Positions 29,078-40,088 are shown, numbered from the stretch's first letter. The stretch: 64,000 nt of DNA from Patescibacteria group bacterium (GCA_048499955.1 JASNYX010000004.1:3249-67248), one strand, 5' to 3'. Notes: generated by a model not told the origin, from the letters alone. Translations and numbers: made by a program.

Positions 29078-29761
29078 ATGAGGATATTAATAGTTGAAGA
29101 CGAACATAAAATTGCCTCGGCTCTAAAACGGGGGCTCACCCAAGAAGGGTTTTCCGCAGATACTGCATTTACAGGAATTGACGGATACGACCTAGCAAGC
29201 ACTGAAGACTATGACTTAATAATTCTTGACCTCATGTTACCGGGTATGGAAGGCACTGAAATTTCTCAGAAACTACGCAAAGAAGATATTCATACTCCGA
29301 TTCTGATGTTAACTGCGAAAGGAATGCTTGAAGATAAAGTGACCGGATTGAATTCCGGGGCAGATGACTATCTCACCAAACCATTTGCATTTGAAGAACT
29401 CCTTGCCAGAGTTAGAGCATTACTAAGAAGACCTAAAAATGCAATTCAGAATGAATTATCTTGCGAAGACCTAACTCTGGATACTATCAATTTTCATGTA
29501 TCTCGAGCAGGAAAAGAAATAAACCTATCAAGAAAGGAATTTGCCTTATTAGAATTTTTGATGCGAAATAAAAATAAAACACTTAGCAAAGAACAAATTA
29601 TTTCTCACGTATGGGACTACGACTCAAATGTACTTCCTAATACAGTAGAGCAATATGTAGGGTATCTTCGTGAAAAAGTCGATAAAAATTTCAAAAGTAA
29701 AAAACCACTGATAAAGACAATTCGAGGGTTTGGATATAGAATTGTCGAAGACGATGTTTAA
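29078..29761 (+). CDS. OmpR/PhoB-family response regulator
   Basis: ILIVEDE, LDLMLP, GADDYLTKPF, wHTH TIRGFGY. Confidence 0.95.
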   Translation: MRILIVEDEHKIASALKRGLTQEGFSADTAFTGIDGYDLASTEDYDLIILDLMLPGMEGTEISQKLRKEDIHTPILMLTAKGMLEDKVTGLNSGADDYLTKPFAFEELLARVRALLRRPKNAIQNELSCEDLTLDTINFHVSRAGKEINLSRKEFALLEFLMRNKNKTLSKEQIISHVWDYDSNVLPNTVEQYVGYLREKVDKNFKSKKPLIKTIRGFGYRIVEDDV

Positions 29762-30779
29762 AGAAGCAAAATTAAAATTAACCGGGTGGTATTTAGCAAT
29801 TATCATGTCAATTACCATCGCGTTCAGCTCAACCGTCTATTTTGGAGTGGTGCAATATACACAAATTGCACTCGAATCACAAATGCGTAAGATCGAACGC
29901 CAAATGGAAATCTACGGGGAAAATTTTCCCCTTCCAAAGATATTAGAAGCGAGATACGATATCGAGGCCTTACTCGAATTTAGAAAAAATACATTCGTAA
30001 CCCTACTAGGAATTAACCTGTTAGTTCTAATCATATCTGCTGTTCTAGGTTACTTTTTAGCAGGAAAAACACTTGATCCCATAGAACAAATGATACAAAA
30101 GCAGAAGAGATTCATCTCAGATGCCGCACACGAGATACGAACTCCACTAACTGCAATGAAAACCGATCTTGAGGTAACACTTCGAGATAAAAATCTCAAA
30201 ATATCTGATTCGAAAGCTGCCCTGAGCAATACTATTGAAGAAATAGACCGACTACATATTTTAACCACCCGATTACTTGAGAAATCGCGTGCACAAAATA
30301 GCGAGGAATTAGTTGACCCTAAAATTATTCATGCAGATGAGATACTGAATAAAGTTGTTTCAAAGTTCAGTAATCTGGCCAAAGAAAAAAATCAGGTAAT
30401 AAAAACTTTCATTAAACCTTCAAAAGTAAAAGGTGATCCGCTAAAAATTGAAGAGCTTTTTTCCAATATTCTTGAAAATGCCATAAAGTATAATTTTCCA
30501 CAAAAAGAAATAATAGTCAGGATGGAAATAAAAAGAGGAAACTCAGTTACTCAAATCATTGATCATGGAATTGGAATATCTGAACAAGATCTACCAAATG
30601 TATTTGAACCTTTCTATCGTACGGACCAATCTCGAACAAACTCCGGCAAAGAAGGTTACGGACTAGGTCTATCCATTTCAAAAGAAATAGTAAGTAGCCA
30701 CAAGGGACATATTCATATCAGAAGTAAACCGAGCCAAGGCACTACAGTCACTATTACAATTCCGGCCATCCAATCATAA
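29754..30779 (+). CDS. Sensor histidine kinase
   Basis: 2 TM; H-box DAAHEIRTPL; N, G1, F and G2 boxes. Confidence 0.95.
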   Translation: MFKEAKLKLTGWYLAIIMSITIAFSSTVYFGVVQYTQIALESQMRKIERQMEIYGENFPLPKILEARYDIEALLEFRKNTFVTLLGINLLVLIISAVLGYFLAGKTLDPIEQMIQKQKRFISDAAHEIRTPLTAMKTDLEVTLRDKNLKISDSKAALSNTIEEIDRLHILTTRLLEKSRAQNSEELVDPKIIHADEILNKVVSKFSNLAKEKNQVIKTFIKPSKVKGDPLKIEELFSNILENAIKYNFPQKEIIVRMEIKRGNSVTQIIDHGIGISEQDLPNVFEPFYRTDQSRTNSGKEGYGLGLSISKEIVSSHKGHIHIRSKPSQGTTVTITIPAIQS

Positions 30780-32054
30780 GCTAAATTCTTCGTAGTGGAT
30801 TTTATCACTCACTACCCCTAAAGAAATGAGCATAGCTTTGTAACCGTCGTAAAACCCTTTACTCCCACATATAAAAAAACGAGCCTCGTCTAGTAAAGTC
30901 TTTGGTATAAGCTTTGAAATATCTTCCTTACTCAACCTACCATTTAGAATATTTTCTTCGTCTTTTATTTCGTCTGAAAGCACGTCAAAGTACCGTTCTC
31001 CAAGTTTATCTTTTAATAGATCCCGTCTAACCGCATTGTTTAAGAATGTATTCGCGTAAATCATATAGGTCGAGTCATCCCCATACTTACGGACAAGATC
31101 AACAAATGGTGTAATTCCGATACCTCCTGCGATTAAGACTTTAGGCGCTTCATTATGACCTTCCCTAGTGAACACCCCATACGGTCCATCAATCAGGATG
31201 CTATCACCCATTTCCAATCGACTAAGCTGCTCCGTAAACTTCCCGAAAACTTTGATACCGAATGTTAGCTCTCCGGTAGAAGCATCTGTTTCCATTACAG
31301 TAAACGGATGATTCTCGCCAAATCTACCAATTTGCATATAACAAAATTGCCCTACAGATGGAATAACAGGTTGCCCAACAGGCCGAAATTTCAATACATT
31401 AATCTGATCGCCTACCTTATGTTTATCAATTAGTTCGTATTTTCGTTTCCCCCATCCGTAAAATTTCGCCAATCTATACAATGTGAAAATAACAAAAGAT
31501 CCCAACATGAAAGTCCAAAGGTGGCCTAAATAATCATAGCGATTTAAGAAAGTACCAATCGACCTAGCATGCCAAAGTGAAAAAAATAACATAGGGTAAG
31601 CTAGATAATGAATATATAGCCACGGCCGATACTTCAACTTTTTTCTTAATATGGCACTAGTAACGAAAATTATCAGAAACAGTAGAAAGGCAATACGTCC
31701 ATAGGAAACATTTGCTTCAAATGAATTACTAAAGTTGTACTTAAAGGAATATAAAAATGAATTCGAGTAATGCATCGAAATAATGATCGGATGAAGCAAT
31801 ATTACTATCACTCCATATTTGCCTAACTTTTGATGAAGTTTATTGAACCATACGAGGTCGTTAGAAAATAGCGATGATATGAATCTACTTCCTAAGATTA
31901 CTTGCCAAAAGAGTAGTATTGTTCCCGCCAAACCGGCAAAACTCCCTAACAATGTGAGAAATGATGACTTATCTAAACGCGTAAATACTAATAAGAACGG
32001 GGCAAGGCTGGAGAAGATAAGAATTAGTAATATAGATTTATAATCTGTCTTCAT
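30774..32054 (-). CDS. Ferric-reductase-like TM + FAD/NAD-binding oxidoreductase
   Basis: His-bearing TM helices, HPFT, DGPYG, AGGIGITPF, ICG, EEF. Confidence 0.88.
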   Translation of the reverse strand: MKTDYKSILLILIFSSLAPFLLVFTRLDKSSFLTLLGSFAGLAGTILLFWQVILGSRFISSLFSNDLVWFNKLHQKLGKYGVIVILLHPIIISMHYSNSFLYSFKYNFSNSFEANVSYGRIAFLLFLIIFVTSAILRKKLKYRPWLYIHYLAYPMLFFSLWHARSIGTFLNRYDYLGHLWTFMLGSFVIFTLYRLAKFYGWGKRKYELIDKHKVGDQINVLKFRPVGQPVIPSVGQFCYMQIGRFGENHPFTVMETDASTGELTFGIKVFGKFTEQLSRLEMGDSILIDGPYGVFTREGHNEAPKVLIAGGIGITPFVDLVRKYGDDSTYMIYANTFLNNAVRRDLLKDKLGERYFDVLSDEIKDEENILNGRLSKEDISKLIPKTLLDEARFFICGSKGFYDGYKAMLISLGVVSDKIHYEEFSL

Positions 32055-32076
32055 GTAGTAATAATAACCGATTTTG

Positions 32077-32108
32077 AACAAAACAGCCCCGTACAAAAAC
32101 GGGGCTGT
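32077..32108 (-). terminator. Intrinsic terminator after the cupredoxin gene
   Basis: ACAGCCCCGT-N6-ACGGGGCTGT perfect stem with a T-rich tail on the minus strand. Confidence 0.7.
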
Positions 32109-32164
32109 ATGAAAAATCTAATTTAAAACCGGAGAACTATATATCTCCAATTTTAACGTGTTAA

Positions 32165-32665
32165 TTACTCTATAATAAGTTTACCTACCATGCCCATTGC
32201 CCGATGCTCACCAACACTGCAGTAATATTCATAAGTTCCCGGTTCAGATGCTACAAATGACACTTCGGCATCTTGACCTGCACTTAAGATAGGTGTTCTC
32301 ACATTGAGTTCATCTATCACAAGGTCATGATTACCTTCGAGGTTTCTAAACATAATGTTTACTGTGTCACCCACGCTTACCCTAATTTCATTCATTGAAT
32401 ATGCAAAGTCTGAGGCAGTAACTTCAAAATTACGCTCGGAATCCATTTCCTCATCTAACATCATCAGGTCGTCTTCATTCAAGACAACGGATTCGTCCTC
32501 TACCAATTCCATACTGCTCGACTGCATGTCGGCAGGGCTATCCTCTGAATTCGAATTCATAGCGTAAACTAAAGCCGCTAGACCCAACAATGCAACTGCT
32601 GCGACGATTACCGGTGTCATGTTTTTTGCAGGAGCACCAGAAGGATTTTGATTTGTGTTATCCAT
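32165..32665 (-). CDS. Membrane-anchored cupredoxin (type 1 copper)
   Basis: H(DL)...YYCSVGEHRAMGM ligands. Confidence 0.88.
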   Translation of the reverse strand: MDNTNQNPSGAPAKNMTPVIVAAVALLGLAALVYAMNSNSEDSPADMQSSSMELVEDESVVLNEDDLMMLDEEMDSERNFEVTASDFAYSMNEIRVSVGDTVNIMFRNLEGNHDLVIDELNVRTPILSAGQDAEVSFVASEPGTYEYYCSVGEHRAMGMVGKLIIE

Positions 32666-33025
32666 ATTTATCTAATCAACATAAGTTTAAAACTACACTG
32701 ACGAAAAATTTATTCCCCAGAGATACTTCTAAAAAAGTTGAGTATTTTAAAATTATTAACCACTAAATGCACTAATAAGAGAGCCTAATAGAAACATTTT
32801 TATCAATCATTTCTGAGAAGGATCTGATAGTGACTCATAAACTGGATTATTGCTTAATTATTAATATCAATCAACCATTTTATAGAAAGAATTATTAAAC
32901 AAGTTCTCAGACTCCTCTCAGTAGATACAATTATTGTAAAACGGTGTTTAATAAAATAGCATTTACCTGACAATTAATATGCTCGGTTTAATATAGTAAG
33001 GGTAATTTATCGAATTAATACTAAA

Positions 33026-34099
33026 ATGAAAATCTTCGGTCCAGCAATACTCGTGTTATCACTTTTTGGAATAATAGGACTTCTGTATCACTTTAGATCT
33101 GAATTAACCACAATAAATAGGAGTGAAACAGTTGATTATCTTGCAGAAGATAGCGACATTATAAGTACAGAAAATAATAAAATCGAGGAACTACATCCCT
33201 TATCGATTGAGAAACTTCGGCAACAGGACTACCCGGGCAGTGATCTGATTATAGAGCAAACACTCTCACCCGGATCAAATTATAAAAGATATGTTGTTTC
33301 CTATCTTTCTGAAGGACTAAAAATATACGCGTTACTTACCGTTCCAAATGGTGCAAAACCTGATACAGGCTGGCCGGTCGTAATCTTTAATCATGGATAT
33401 ATTCCACCTGCACAATATCGTACGACGGAAAGATACATCGCATACACAGATGCATTTTCCAGAAACGGATACATACTACTTCGACCGGATTATAGAGGTC
33501 ACGGTAACTCAGAAGGCACCCCTGCAGGCGGATATGGGTCAAATGCATATACCATCGATGTGCTGAACGCACTTGCTTCAGTCCAAAAACATCCTGATGC
33601 CGACCCCAAAAGGATAGGTATGTGGGGTCATTCTATGGGGGGATCCATCACTCTTAAGTCTATGGTTACCAATAAAGATATTAAGGCCGGGGTTATTTGG
33701 GCAGGCGTCGTGGCTTCATATCCGGATTTGCTGAATAACTGGAGACGAAGGTCCGTGACGCCTGCACCAACGATAATTACCCAAAACCCAAGCAGAAGCT
33801 GGAGAAGCACATTAGTCGAAATATACGGTGAACCTGAAAATAATCCGGAATTCTGGGATTCAATTTCTGCAAATTCCTATCTGGATGATATTTCCGGACC
33901 CATTCAACTTCATCATGGCACTTCAGATTCATCAATTCCGGTTGAATTTTCAATAAAATTAGATCAACAAATGAAAGATGCCGACCGGACTTCAGAATTA
34001 TTTGTCTACAATGGCGACGACCACAACATCAGTCGAAATTTTAGTGCAGCCATCAATAGATCTGTACAATTCTTTGACAAATATGTAAAAGCTCTATGA
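33026..34099 (+). CDS. S9-like alpha/beta hydrolase
   Basis: NHGY, DYRGHG, GHSMGG nucleophile, HHGTSD, GDDH. Confidence 0.88.
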   Translation: MKIFGPAILVLSLFGIIGLLYHFRSELTTINRSETVDYLAEDSDIISTENNKIEELHPLSIEKLRQQDYPGSDLIIEQTLSPGSNYKRYVVSYLSEGLKIYALLTVPNGAKPDTGWPVVIFNHGYIPPAQYRTTERYIAYTDAFSRNGYILLRPDYRGHGNSEGTPAGGYGSNAYTIDVLNALASVQKHPDADPKRIGMWGHSMGGSITLKSMVTNKDIKAGVIWAGVVASYPDLLNNWRRRSVTPAPTIITQNPSRSWRSTLVEIYGEPENNPEFWDSISANSYLDDISGPIQLHHGTSDSSIPVEFSIKLDQQMKDADRTSELFVYNGDDHNISRNFSAAINRSVQFFDKYVKAL

Positions 34100-34111
34100 T
34101 AGAATCAAATA

Positions 34112-34957
34112 ATGAAGAAACTAATACTTTTTGCTTCTATTGCTTTAGCTACTCTTACACTCTTCGGACTTTTTACTCTATACAAAAATGGAATAAATAT
34201 TGCTCAAAAGAAAACGAGCGATGACTCACCTATAGACTCTGAAATTATTGTGAGCGTCGAAAATCTGGAAACACAGGCATCTGAGGTTGATTATTACAAT
34301 GGTGTGAAGGGTTATCTGGCAAAGCCTGCTGCAGGATCAAATTATCCCGGAGTAGTAATGATTCATGAGTGGTGGGGCTTGAATGACAATATAAAAGATA
34401 TGGCTGAAAAACTTGCTTCTGAAGGTTACATCGTTCTTGCAGTAGACCTTTACGCAGGTAAAGTAGCTCTGAACCCGGACGAGGCTAGGCAACTAACAGG
34501 GTCTATCGACAACGAAGAATCCATTAATAACATGAGAGCAGCTGTTGCCTATCTCAAATCTCAAGGTGCAGAAAACACCGCAGCTCTAGGTTGGTGTTTT
34601 GGAGGAGGACAATCCCTTCAGTTAGCACTTAGTGGAGAAAAATTAAACGCAACTGTTATTTACTACGGAAACCTCGAAACCGACAAATCCAAACTAGCTG
34701 CAATTAGCTGGCCGGTTTTAGGAATTTTCGGAGAACAGGATACTTCGATACCTGTAGATACCGTCAACAAATTTGATACGGCTTTAGACGATCTGAAAAT
34801 TGAAAATGAAATATATATATACGAGAATGTCGGTCATGCATTTGCAAATCCATCAGGTCAAAATTTCGCCCCGGAAGAAACCAAAAATGCATGGTCAAGA
34901 ACTCTTAATTTTCTAGAGATTCACTTAAGTCAAAAAAAAGGGCCTCTTGCCGAGTAA
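34112..34957 (+). CDS. Dienelactone hydrolase family protein
   Basis: HEWWGLN, GWCFGG, GHAFANP. Confidence 0.9.
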   Translation: MKKLILFASIALATLTLFGLFTLYKNGINIAQKKTSDDSPIDSEIIVSVENLETQASEVDYYNGVKGYLAKPAAGSNYPGVVMIHEWWGLNDNIKDMAEKLASEGYIVLAVDLYAGKVALNPDEARQLTGSIDNEESINNMRAAVAYLKSQGAENTAALGWCFGGGQSLQLALSGEKLNATVIYYGNLETDKSKLAAISWPVLGIFGEQDTSIPVDTVNKFDTALDDLKIENEIYIYENVGHAFANPSGQNFAPEETKNAWSRTLNFLEIHLSQKKGPLAE

Positions 34958-34973
34958 TCGGAAGAGGCTTCCC
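34932..34973 (-). terminator. Intrinsic terminator of the 34995-35513 gene
   Basis: Minus strand GCCTCTTCCGA-TTAC-TCGGCAAGAGGC followed by T8. Confidence 0.6.
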
Positions 34974-34994
34974 ACCATTAAGTAACCTGTCTAT

Positions 34995-35513
34995 TTAATC
35001 CTGTTGCATAGGATAACCAAACTTACCTTTCATCATCATTCTTTTGTTATGACCATCCTTCATCTTTGAATGCATGAATACAGGAACATCCTTCGGGTTC
35101 ACACCAATAGATTCCAGAAAACTTTCCCACTCAGTTCTGTGCGCTTCCATGTTGGTTTTCATTTCTTCTCGAGAAAGGCTTTTCCACTCTTCTTTCCGAG
35201 GTTCCCACTCTGCCATCTTAGACAAAATTTGAGCCCGCTGATCTTCGGTAATTTTCCCATCCTGAACCAAAGTATTAAGGCTATTTTCGAATCTAAGTTT
35301 GTGACCTGCTTTCATTTCGCCCCTAACCTCGGACACTACCTGATCTACCTCAGACGGATCTAAGTTAAATCTTTCAATAAGCCTCTGAATCAAAAGAGGG
35401 CGACTTTTCTCTTCGCCTTGAGCTATGGCATTGTTCGATGCAAATATGAAGTATCCTGTCGCTGCTACAACACCTACCATAGTCAAAACTGAAAATGTTA
35501 TTAGTTTACGCAT
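34995..35513 (-). CDS. Secreted helical hypothetical protein
   Basis: Signal/TM N-terminus, LVQDGKITEDQ, Met/His/Gly-rich tail. Confidence 0.65.
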   Translation of the reverse strand: MRKLITFSVLTMVGVVAATGYFIFASNNAIAQGEEKSRPLLIQRLIERFNLDPSEVDQVVSEVRGEMKAGHKLRFENSLNTLVQDGKITEDQRAQILSKMAEWEPRKEEWKSLSREEMKTNMEAHRTEWESFLESIGVNPKDVPVFMHSKMKDGHNKRMMMKGKFGYPMQQD

Positions 35514-35860
35514 ATTAAATCACCCCCTTTTGATAACTATGCTCAATCTAACGGATAAGTCTGAAAATACGCTGAAACGGGAGTAAGAATTATCTACTAT
35601 AGATATTGTTAGGTATTTATGCTAGACTTACGCTCGTAAGTCAGGAATTTATCTTTCTGGATGAAAGAAAGACGCTGCGCCAGTAAAAACCGCCGCCTCT
35701 TATGAGATTCATTTACTGCGGTTACGGGCAAGGTGCCTACTTAACAAATAACTTCAGTTTCCACTCTTCATTAAATTTCCTCAACATTAATTATTAAAAA
35801 GGGACTAACCGATCATAAAGTTGTCTACGACAACCCTGATCTTTGCGTCCAAAAAGCAAT

Positions 35861-37075
35861 ATGTATCAAAATAAATACAGGCAATTTAGCCGAAACAGTT
35901 TTAGTCGAGGAAATTCAAATGTGCGAAGTCGCAATAATAGACGTGGAAACGGGAGAAATAATAGCTTGAATGATCACACGCTTTACATTCGTAAAGCTGT
36001 CGAAATTCAAGAGATTCCCGAATATAAACCTGCTTACACTTATGCAGAACTGCCTATCAACGAAGTATTAAAAAATAATATTCTAAGAAAAGGTTTCAGT
36101 TCCCCTACACCTATACAAGATCTGGCAATTCCATCCATTTTAGACGGAAATGACTTTATAGGAATGGCGAATACAGGAACAGGGAAAACTGCAGCATATT
36201 TAATTCCTCTAATTGAGAAAATCTCAAAGAATAATCAAGAACGCATACTAATAATTGCTCCCACTAGAGAATTAGCCAACCAGATAAACAGCGAGTTTAT
36301 TTCGCTTAAACAAGGTTTGAATCTTTATTCAGCCGTACTAATCGGTGGTGCCCCTATGGGTCAACAAATTCGGGAATTAAGAAGAAACCCTAATCTGTTG
36401 ATTGTAACTCCGGGAAGACTCGGCGATCATATCGGAAGAGGATTCATTAATTTCAGCAAATTTAAATACGTTGTTCTTGATGAAGTAGATCGTATGTTAG
36501 ATATGGGTTTTGTTAAAGAAATCAAGAAAATTCTAGGACAACTACCTGAATCAAGACAATCACTGTTTTTTTCCGCAACCCTATCAAATCAGGTTGAAGA
36601 ACTAATTCGAGAGAATTCAAAGAACCCGGTTAAAGCAAATGTTGTCACCGGAAAAACATCCGATCATGTCGATCAGGACATTGTTAAAGTTGGTAGAAGC
36701 GAGAATAAAATTGAAATTCTTCATGAGCTACTCATAAAAGATAATTTCACGAAAACTTTAATCTTCGGAAAAACAAAAATCGGAGTACAAAAACTTCATA
36801 AAGAATTAAATGAAAGAGGATTCAAAGTTGAATCTCTGCATGGAGATAAAACTCAGTACGCAAGACAAAGATCTTTATTAAAATTCAAAGAGGGTCACGT
36901 AAACATTCTAATTGCCACTGATGTAGCCGCAAGAGGTTTAGACATCGCTGACATTTCACACGTGATCAATTTCGATCTACCTGACTCATACGACGATTAT
37001 ATTCATCGTATCGGAAGAACCGGAAGAGCTAATAAAATAGGCCAAGCATTAACGTTTGTATCTTCAGGATATTAA
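35861..37075 (+). CDS. DEAD-box RNA helicase
   Basis: Q motif PTPIQ, ANTGTGKT, PTRELA, DEVD, SAT, HRIGRTGR. Confidence 0.95.
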   Translation: MYQNKYRQFSRNSFSRGNSNVRSRNNRRGNGRNNSLNDHTLYIRKAVEIQEIPEYKPAYTYAELPINEVLKNNILRKGFSSPTPIQDLAIPSILDGNDFIGMANTGTGKTAAYLIPLIEKISKNNQERILIIAPTRELANQINSEFISLKQGLNLYSAVLIGGAPMGQQIRELRRNPNLLIVTPGRLGDHIGRGFINFSKFKYVVLDEVDRMLDMGFVKEIKKILGQLPESRQSLFFSATLSNQVEELIRENSKNPVKANVVTGKTSDHVDQDIVKVGRSENKIEILHELLIKDNFTKTLIFGKTKIGVQKLHKELNERGFKVESLHGDKTQYARQRSLLKFKEGHVNILIATDVAARGLDIADISHVINFDLPDSYDDYIHRIGRTGRANKIGQALTFVSSGY

Positions 37076-37097
37076 CCAGATCCGGAAATTTCAAAGA

Positions 37098-38915
37098 TTA
37101 GGAATTTTTACGAGACTCTTTGTATCTAAGTGCAGCGTTGAGGATCTTTTTTCTTAAACGGATGTTATTGGGCGTTATCTCCAAAAGCTCATCGTCTTCC
37201 AGAAATCCGAAATATTCTTCCAAGCTCATTAGTACAGGAGCACTTAAGAAAATTGTGTCTTCACCTTTAGATCTAATATTTGTAAGCTGCTTTCCTTTGC
37301 ATACGTTAATTTCCAGATCATCATCTCGTGAATTCATTCCAACGGCCATACCTTCATAAACCATAGTTCCGGGTTCGACAAATGTAGAACCTCGCTCTTG
37401 AGCATTTCTTAGGCCGTAGGTTACAGCCTTTCCCGTCTCTGAAGCGACCAACACACCTTTTCGGATTCTTTTTGTTCCACTTGATAGCTTCTCATATCTT
37501 GAAAACGTTGATCCCGCAACAGCGGTTCCTTTTGACAAGGTCAATAAAGTTGTACGAATACCTAGGGTTCCCCTAGTTGTTATGTCAAAAACCAGACGTG
37601 AGTACCCGGGAATTGTTTCAGTTTGAGAAATTAATGAACCCTTCCGCTTGGAAAACTCACCTGTAATTGCACCTACATATTCAGACGGGACATCTACCGA
37701 ATATTCTTCAACAGGTTCCATTTCTACTCCGTCGACTATCTTTGTGATAACTCTTGGCTTACCAACTTCAATCTCGAAACCTTCTCTACTTAGAGTCTCT
37801 AAGAATACGCATAAGTGTAGTTCCCCTCGACCGGATAATATATATTGGCCGTTTTCATCTATTTTGAAGCTCATCGCAACGTTGGTTTGTAGCTCTTGCT
37901 CAATTCGACTGAGAATTTGTCGACCGGTAAGAAGCTTTCCTTCCAACCCTTTAAAAGGTGAAGTATTGGGTCCAACAGAAATGCTAATAGTGGGTTCGCC
38001 GATCTTAATGGGGGGTAACATCTCCGGATTGGCCGGATCTGCAATCGTATTGCCTATTTCAGCGGGTTTTATGCCGGTTATGGCAATGATATCTCCGGCG
38101 ACGGCCTCCGTAGCTTCAACTCGCTTTAAACCCTGATTCACATATACTTTATCAACGATAGCCGATTCTTTAATCGACTCTGATTTGATAAGTGTAATTT
38201 CATCACCGGGCTTAATCTTACCCCGGTTTACTCTTCCGATCGCGTATTTTCCTTTATAGTTATCCCAATCAAGAGAAGAAACCATCATTTGGAATGGTGC
38301 GTTTTCATCGGTTTGTGGAGATGGGATTACATTTATAATCGCTTCAAAAATAGGAGTGAAATCGGCAGGTTGAGATGTATCTTCCGGCATCTCGTTCCAG
38401 GATTGACCGTCTCTTCCGATTGCATAAAGTACCGGAAACTCAAGTTGATCTTCAGTTGTGGCTAATTCCAGAAACAAATCAGAAATCCGACTTATAGTAT
38501 CAGAAATTCTGGCATCTTTTTTATCGATCTTATTAATGATTACAACAATTTTAAGCTTTAATTCGAGAGCTTTCCTAAGAACAAATTTAGTCTGGGGCAT
38601 CGGTCCTTCCTGTGCATCCACCAATAAAAGTGCTCCATCAGCCATATTTAGTGTTCTTTCGACTTCGCCACTAAAATCAGCATGCCCTGGTGTGTCAATT
38701 ACGTTGATTTTCACATCTTTATATGTAACCGCGGTGTTTTTAGCCAAAATTGTGATGCCTCGTTCCCGTTCCTGGTCGTTTGAATCCATGATTAGATCCT
38801 GACTCATAAAAGATTCGTTTTCTCGGAAAGTCTTTGATTGTTTCAATAACCCATCTACAAGGGTGGTCTTTCCGTGGTCTACATGAGCTATGATGGCTAT
38901 ATTTCTTATTTCCAT
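37098..38915 (-). CDS. typA: Translational GTPase TypA/BipA
   Basis: RNIAIIAHVDHGKTTLVD, DTPGHADF, GRGELHL, LEITPNNIRLRK. Confidence 0.96.
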   Translation of the reverse strand: MEIRNIAIIAHVDHGKTTLVDGLLKQSKTFRENESFMSQDLIMDSNDQERERGITILAKNTAVTYKDVKINVIDTPGHADFSGEVERTLNMADGALLLVDAQEGPMPQTKFVLRKALELKLKIVVIINKIDKKDARISDTISRISDLFLELATTEDQLEFPVLYAIGRDGQSWNEMPEDTSQPADFTPIFEAIINVIPSPQTDENAPFQMMVSSLDWDNYKGKYAIGRVNRGKIKPGDEITLIKSESIKESAIVDKVYVNQGLKRVEATEAVAGDIIAITGIKPAEIGNTIADPANPEMLPPIKIGEPTISISVGPNTSPFKGLEGKLLTGRQILSRIEQELQTNVAMSFKIDENGQYILSGRGELHLCVFLETLSREGFEIEVGKPRVITKIVDGVEMEPVEEYSVDVPSEYVGAITGEFSKRKGSLISQTETIPGYSRLVFDITTRGTLGIRTTLLTLSKGTAVAGSTFSRYEKLSSGTKRIRKGVLVASETGKAVTYGLRNAQERGSTFVEPGTMVYEGMAVGMNSRDDDLEINVCKGKQLTNIRSKGEDTIFLSAPVLMSLEEYFGFLEDDELLEITPNNIRLRKKILNAALRYKESRKNS

Positions 38916-39007
38916 GATATTTTGGGAGTTTATTGTTCTACTTCACTAAATTTCAACACTGGTATGAAATTATAGCCTATTGGGCAACTAAAAGGAATGA
39001 TCGGCTC

Positions 39008-39286
39008 TTACTTAACATATTCAGGAGATGTATTAATCAGAGCTAACTTATCTAGCCTTGAAAGTTTTTTTAGCTTATATTCTCGGGATTTTGCGAGACT
39101 TTGGTTTTCAACTTTCTCGCAGTAAACAAGTTTTACAGGTCGTCTCCCTGAAGTGTACTTAGCACCTTTGTCAGAGTAATTATGTTCATTAATGCGCCGA
39201 TCCACATCAGTAGTGATACCTGAATAGTAAGTACCATCAGCACATTCCAGAATATAAACGTAATACGTAACTGATGTACTACTCAT
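39008..39286 (-). CDS. GIY-YIG nuclease family protein (YazA-like)
   Basis: YVYILECADGTYYSGITTD..RR...HN...GAKYT. Confidence 0.9.
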   Translation of the reverse strand: MSSTSVTYYVYILECADGTYYSGITTDVDRRINEHNYSDKGAKYTSGRRPVKLVYCEKVENQSLAKSREYKLKKLSRLDKLALINTSPEYVK

Positions 39287-39338
39287 ATTTTAATTGTAAT
39301 GCTTTTCACAGTAGTGCCAACTGGGCTATTATTTAATC

Positions 39339-40064
39339 ATGGATCAAGGTTGGCAGATATTATTAGTTTTTTACTTTACTTTTAAACACTTTCTATTTTC
39401 CAGGCTAAAACTAATCAAATTAAAAACTTCGGGAATCGCATTTTCAATATTGCTATCTGTTCTTGCCATAATTATTAATTATGAACTAGTCCGAGTCTAT
39501 GAATCAGCTAATACAACCGGAATCATCAAGGGCTTGGTTTGGTTGCCGAATATTACGTTGATCTTTATTATTGCAGATCTGCTATCTTCATTACTAATCC
39601 TTCCAATATTCAGTAAAATAAATTTTGGAAAAAATCGCTTACATCAAATACCCATTATTGGAAATCCTTACTCAGTCTTTGAAATAAGCCGATTAATATT
39701 CATGGGAATTATATTTCATTTAATTACAACGACATTCTGGACACACTCCTTCGTAAAATTTGACATTTCAGAACATTATTGTTTTCAAACTATTTTGAAG
39801 AAAGATTTAATCACCTACTATAATGAACATTACACATTCCCCAACAACTTGAATGAATTAAAAACCTATACCCTAAATCCATCAAACGGATCTCCTCTGT
39901 ATATCGAAAATAAGGGAAACGGAACACCATATTATATTAAAGATCTTGAAGGAAACATTCTGATTGATTCACACAAAGATATAATTACTCAATTAGATAA
40001 TCCAGAGTTAAGAAACAAACACCTCAATCTATTAAATTCAATAATTAAAGAACGCTGTCAGTAA
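39339..40064 (+). CDS. Hypothetical membrane protein
   Basis: Several TM helices; no recognised motif. Confidence 0.55.
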   Translation: MDQGWQILLVFYFTFKHFLFSRLKLIKLKTSGIAFSILLSVLAIIINYELVRVYESANTTGIIKGLVWLPNITLIFIIADLLSSLLILPIFSKINFGKNRLHQIPIIGNPYSVFEISRLIFMGIIFHLITTTFWTHSFVKFDISEHYCFQTILKKDLITYYNEHYTFPNNLNELKTYTLNPSNGSPLYIENKGNGTPYYIKDLEGNILIDSHKDIITQLDNPELRNKHLNLLNSIIKERCQ

Positions 40065-40088
40065 TGATAAAATGAGATCTACCTATCT

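Noticed and set aside
39008-39286. GIY-YIG homing endonuclease or mobile intron
   Set aside because: Short stand-alone YazA-like protein with no DNA-binding extension and no interrupted host gene.
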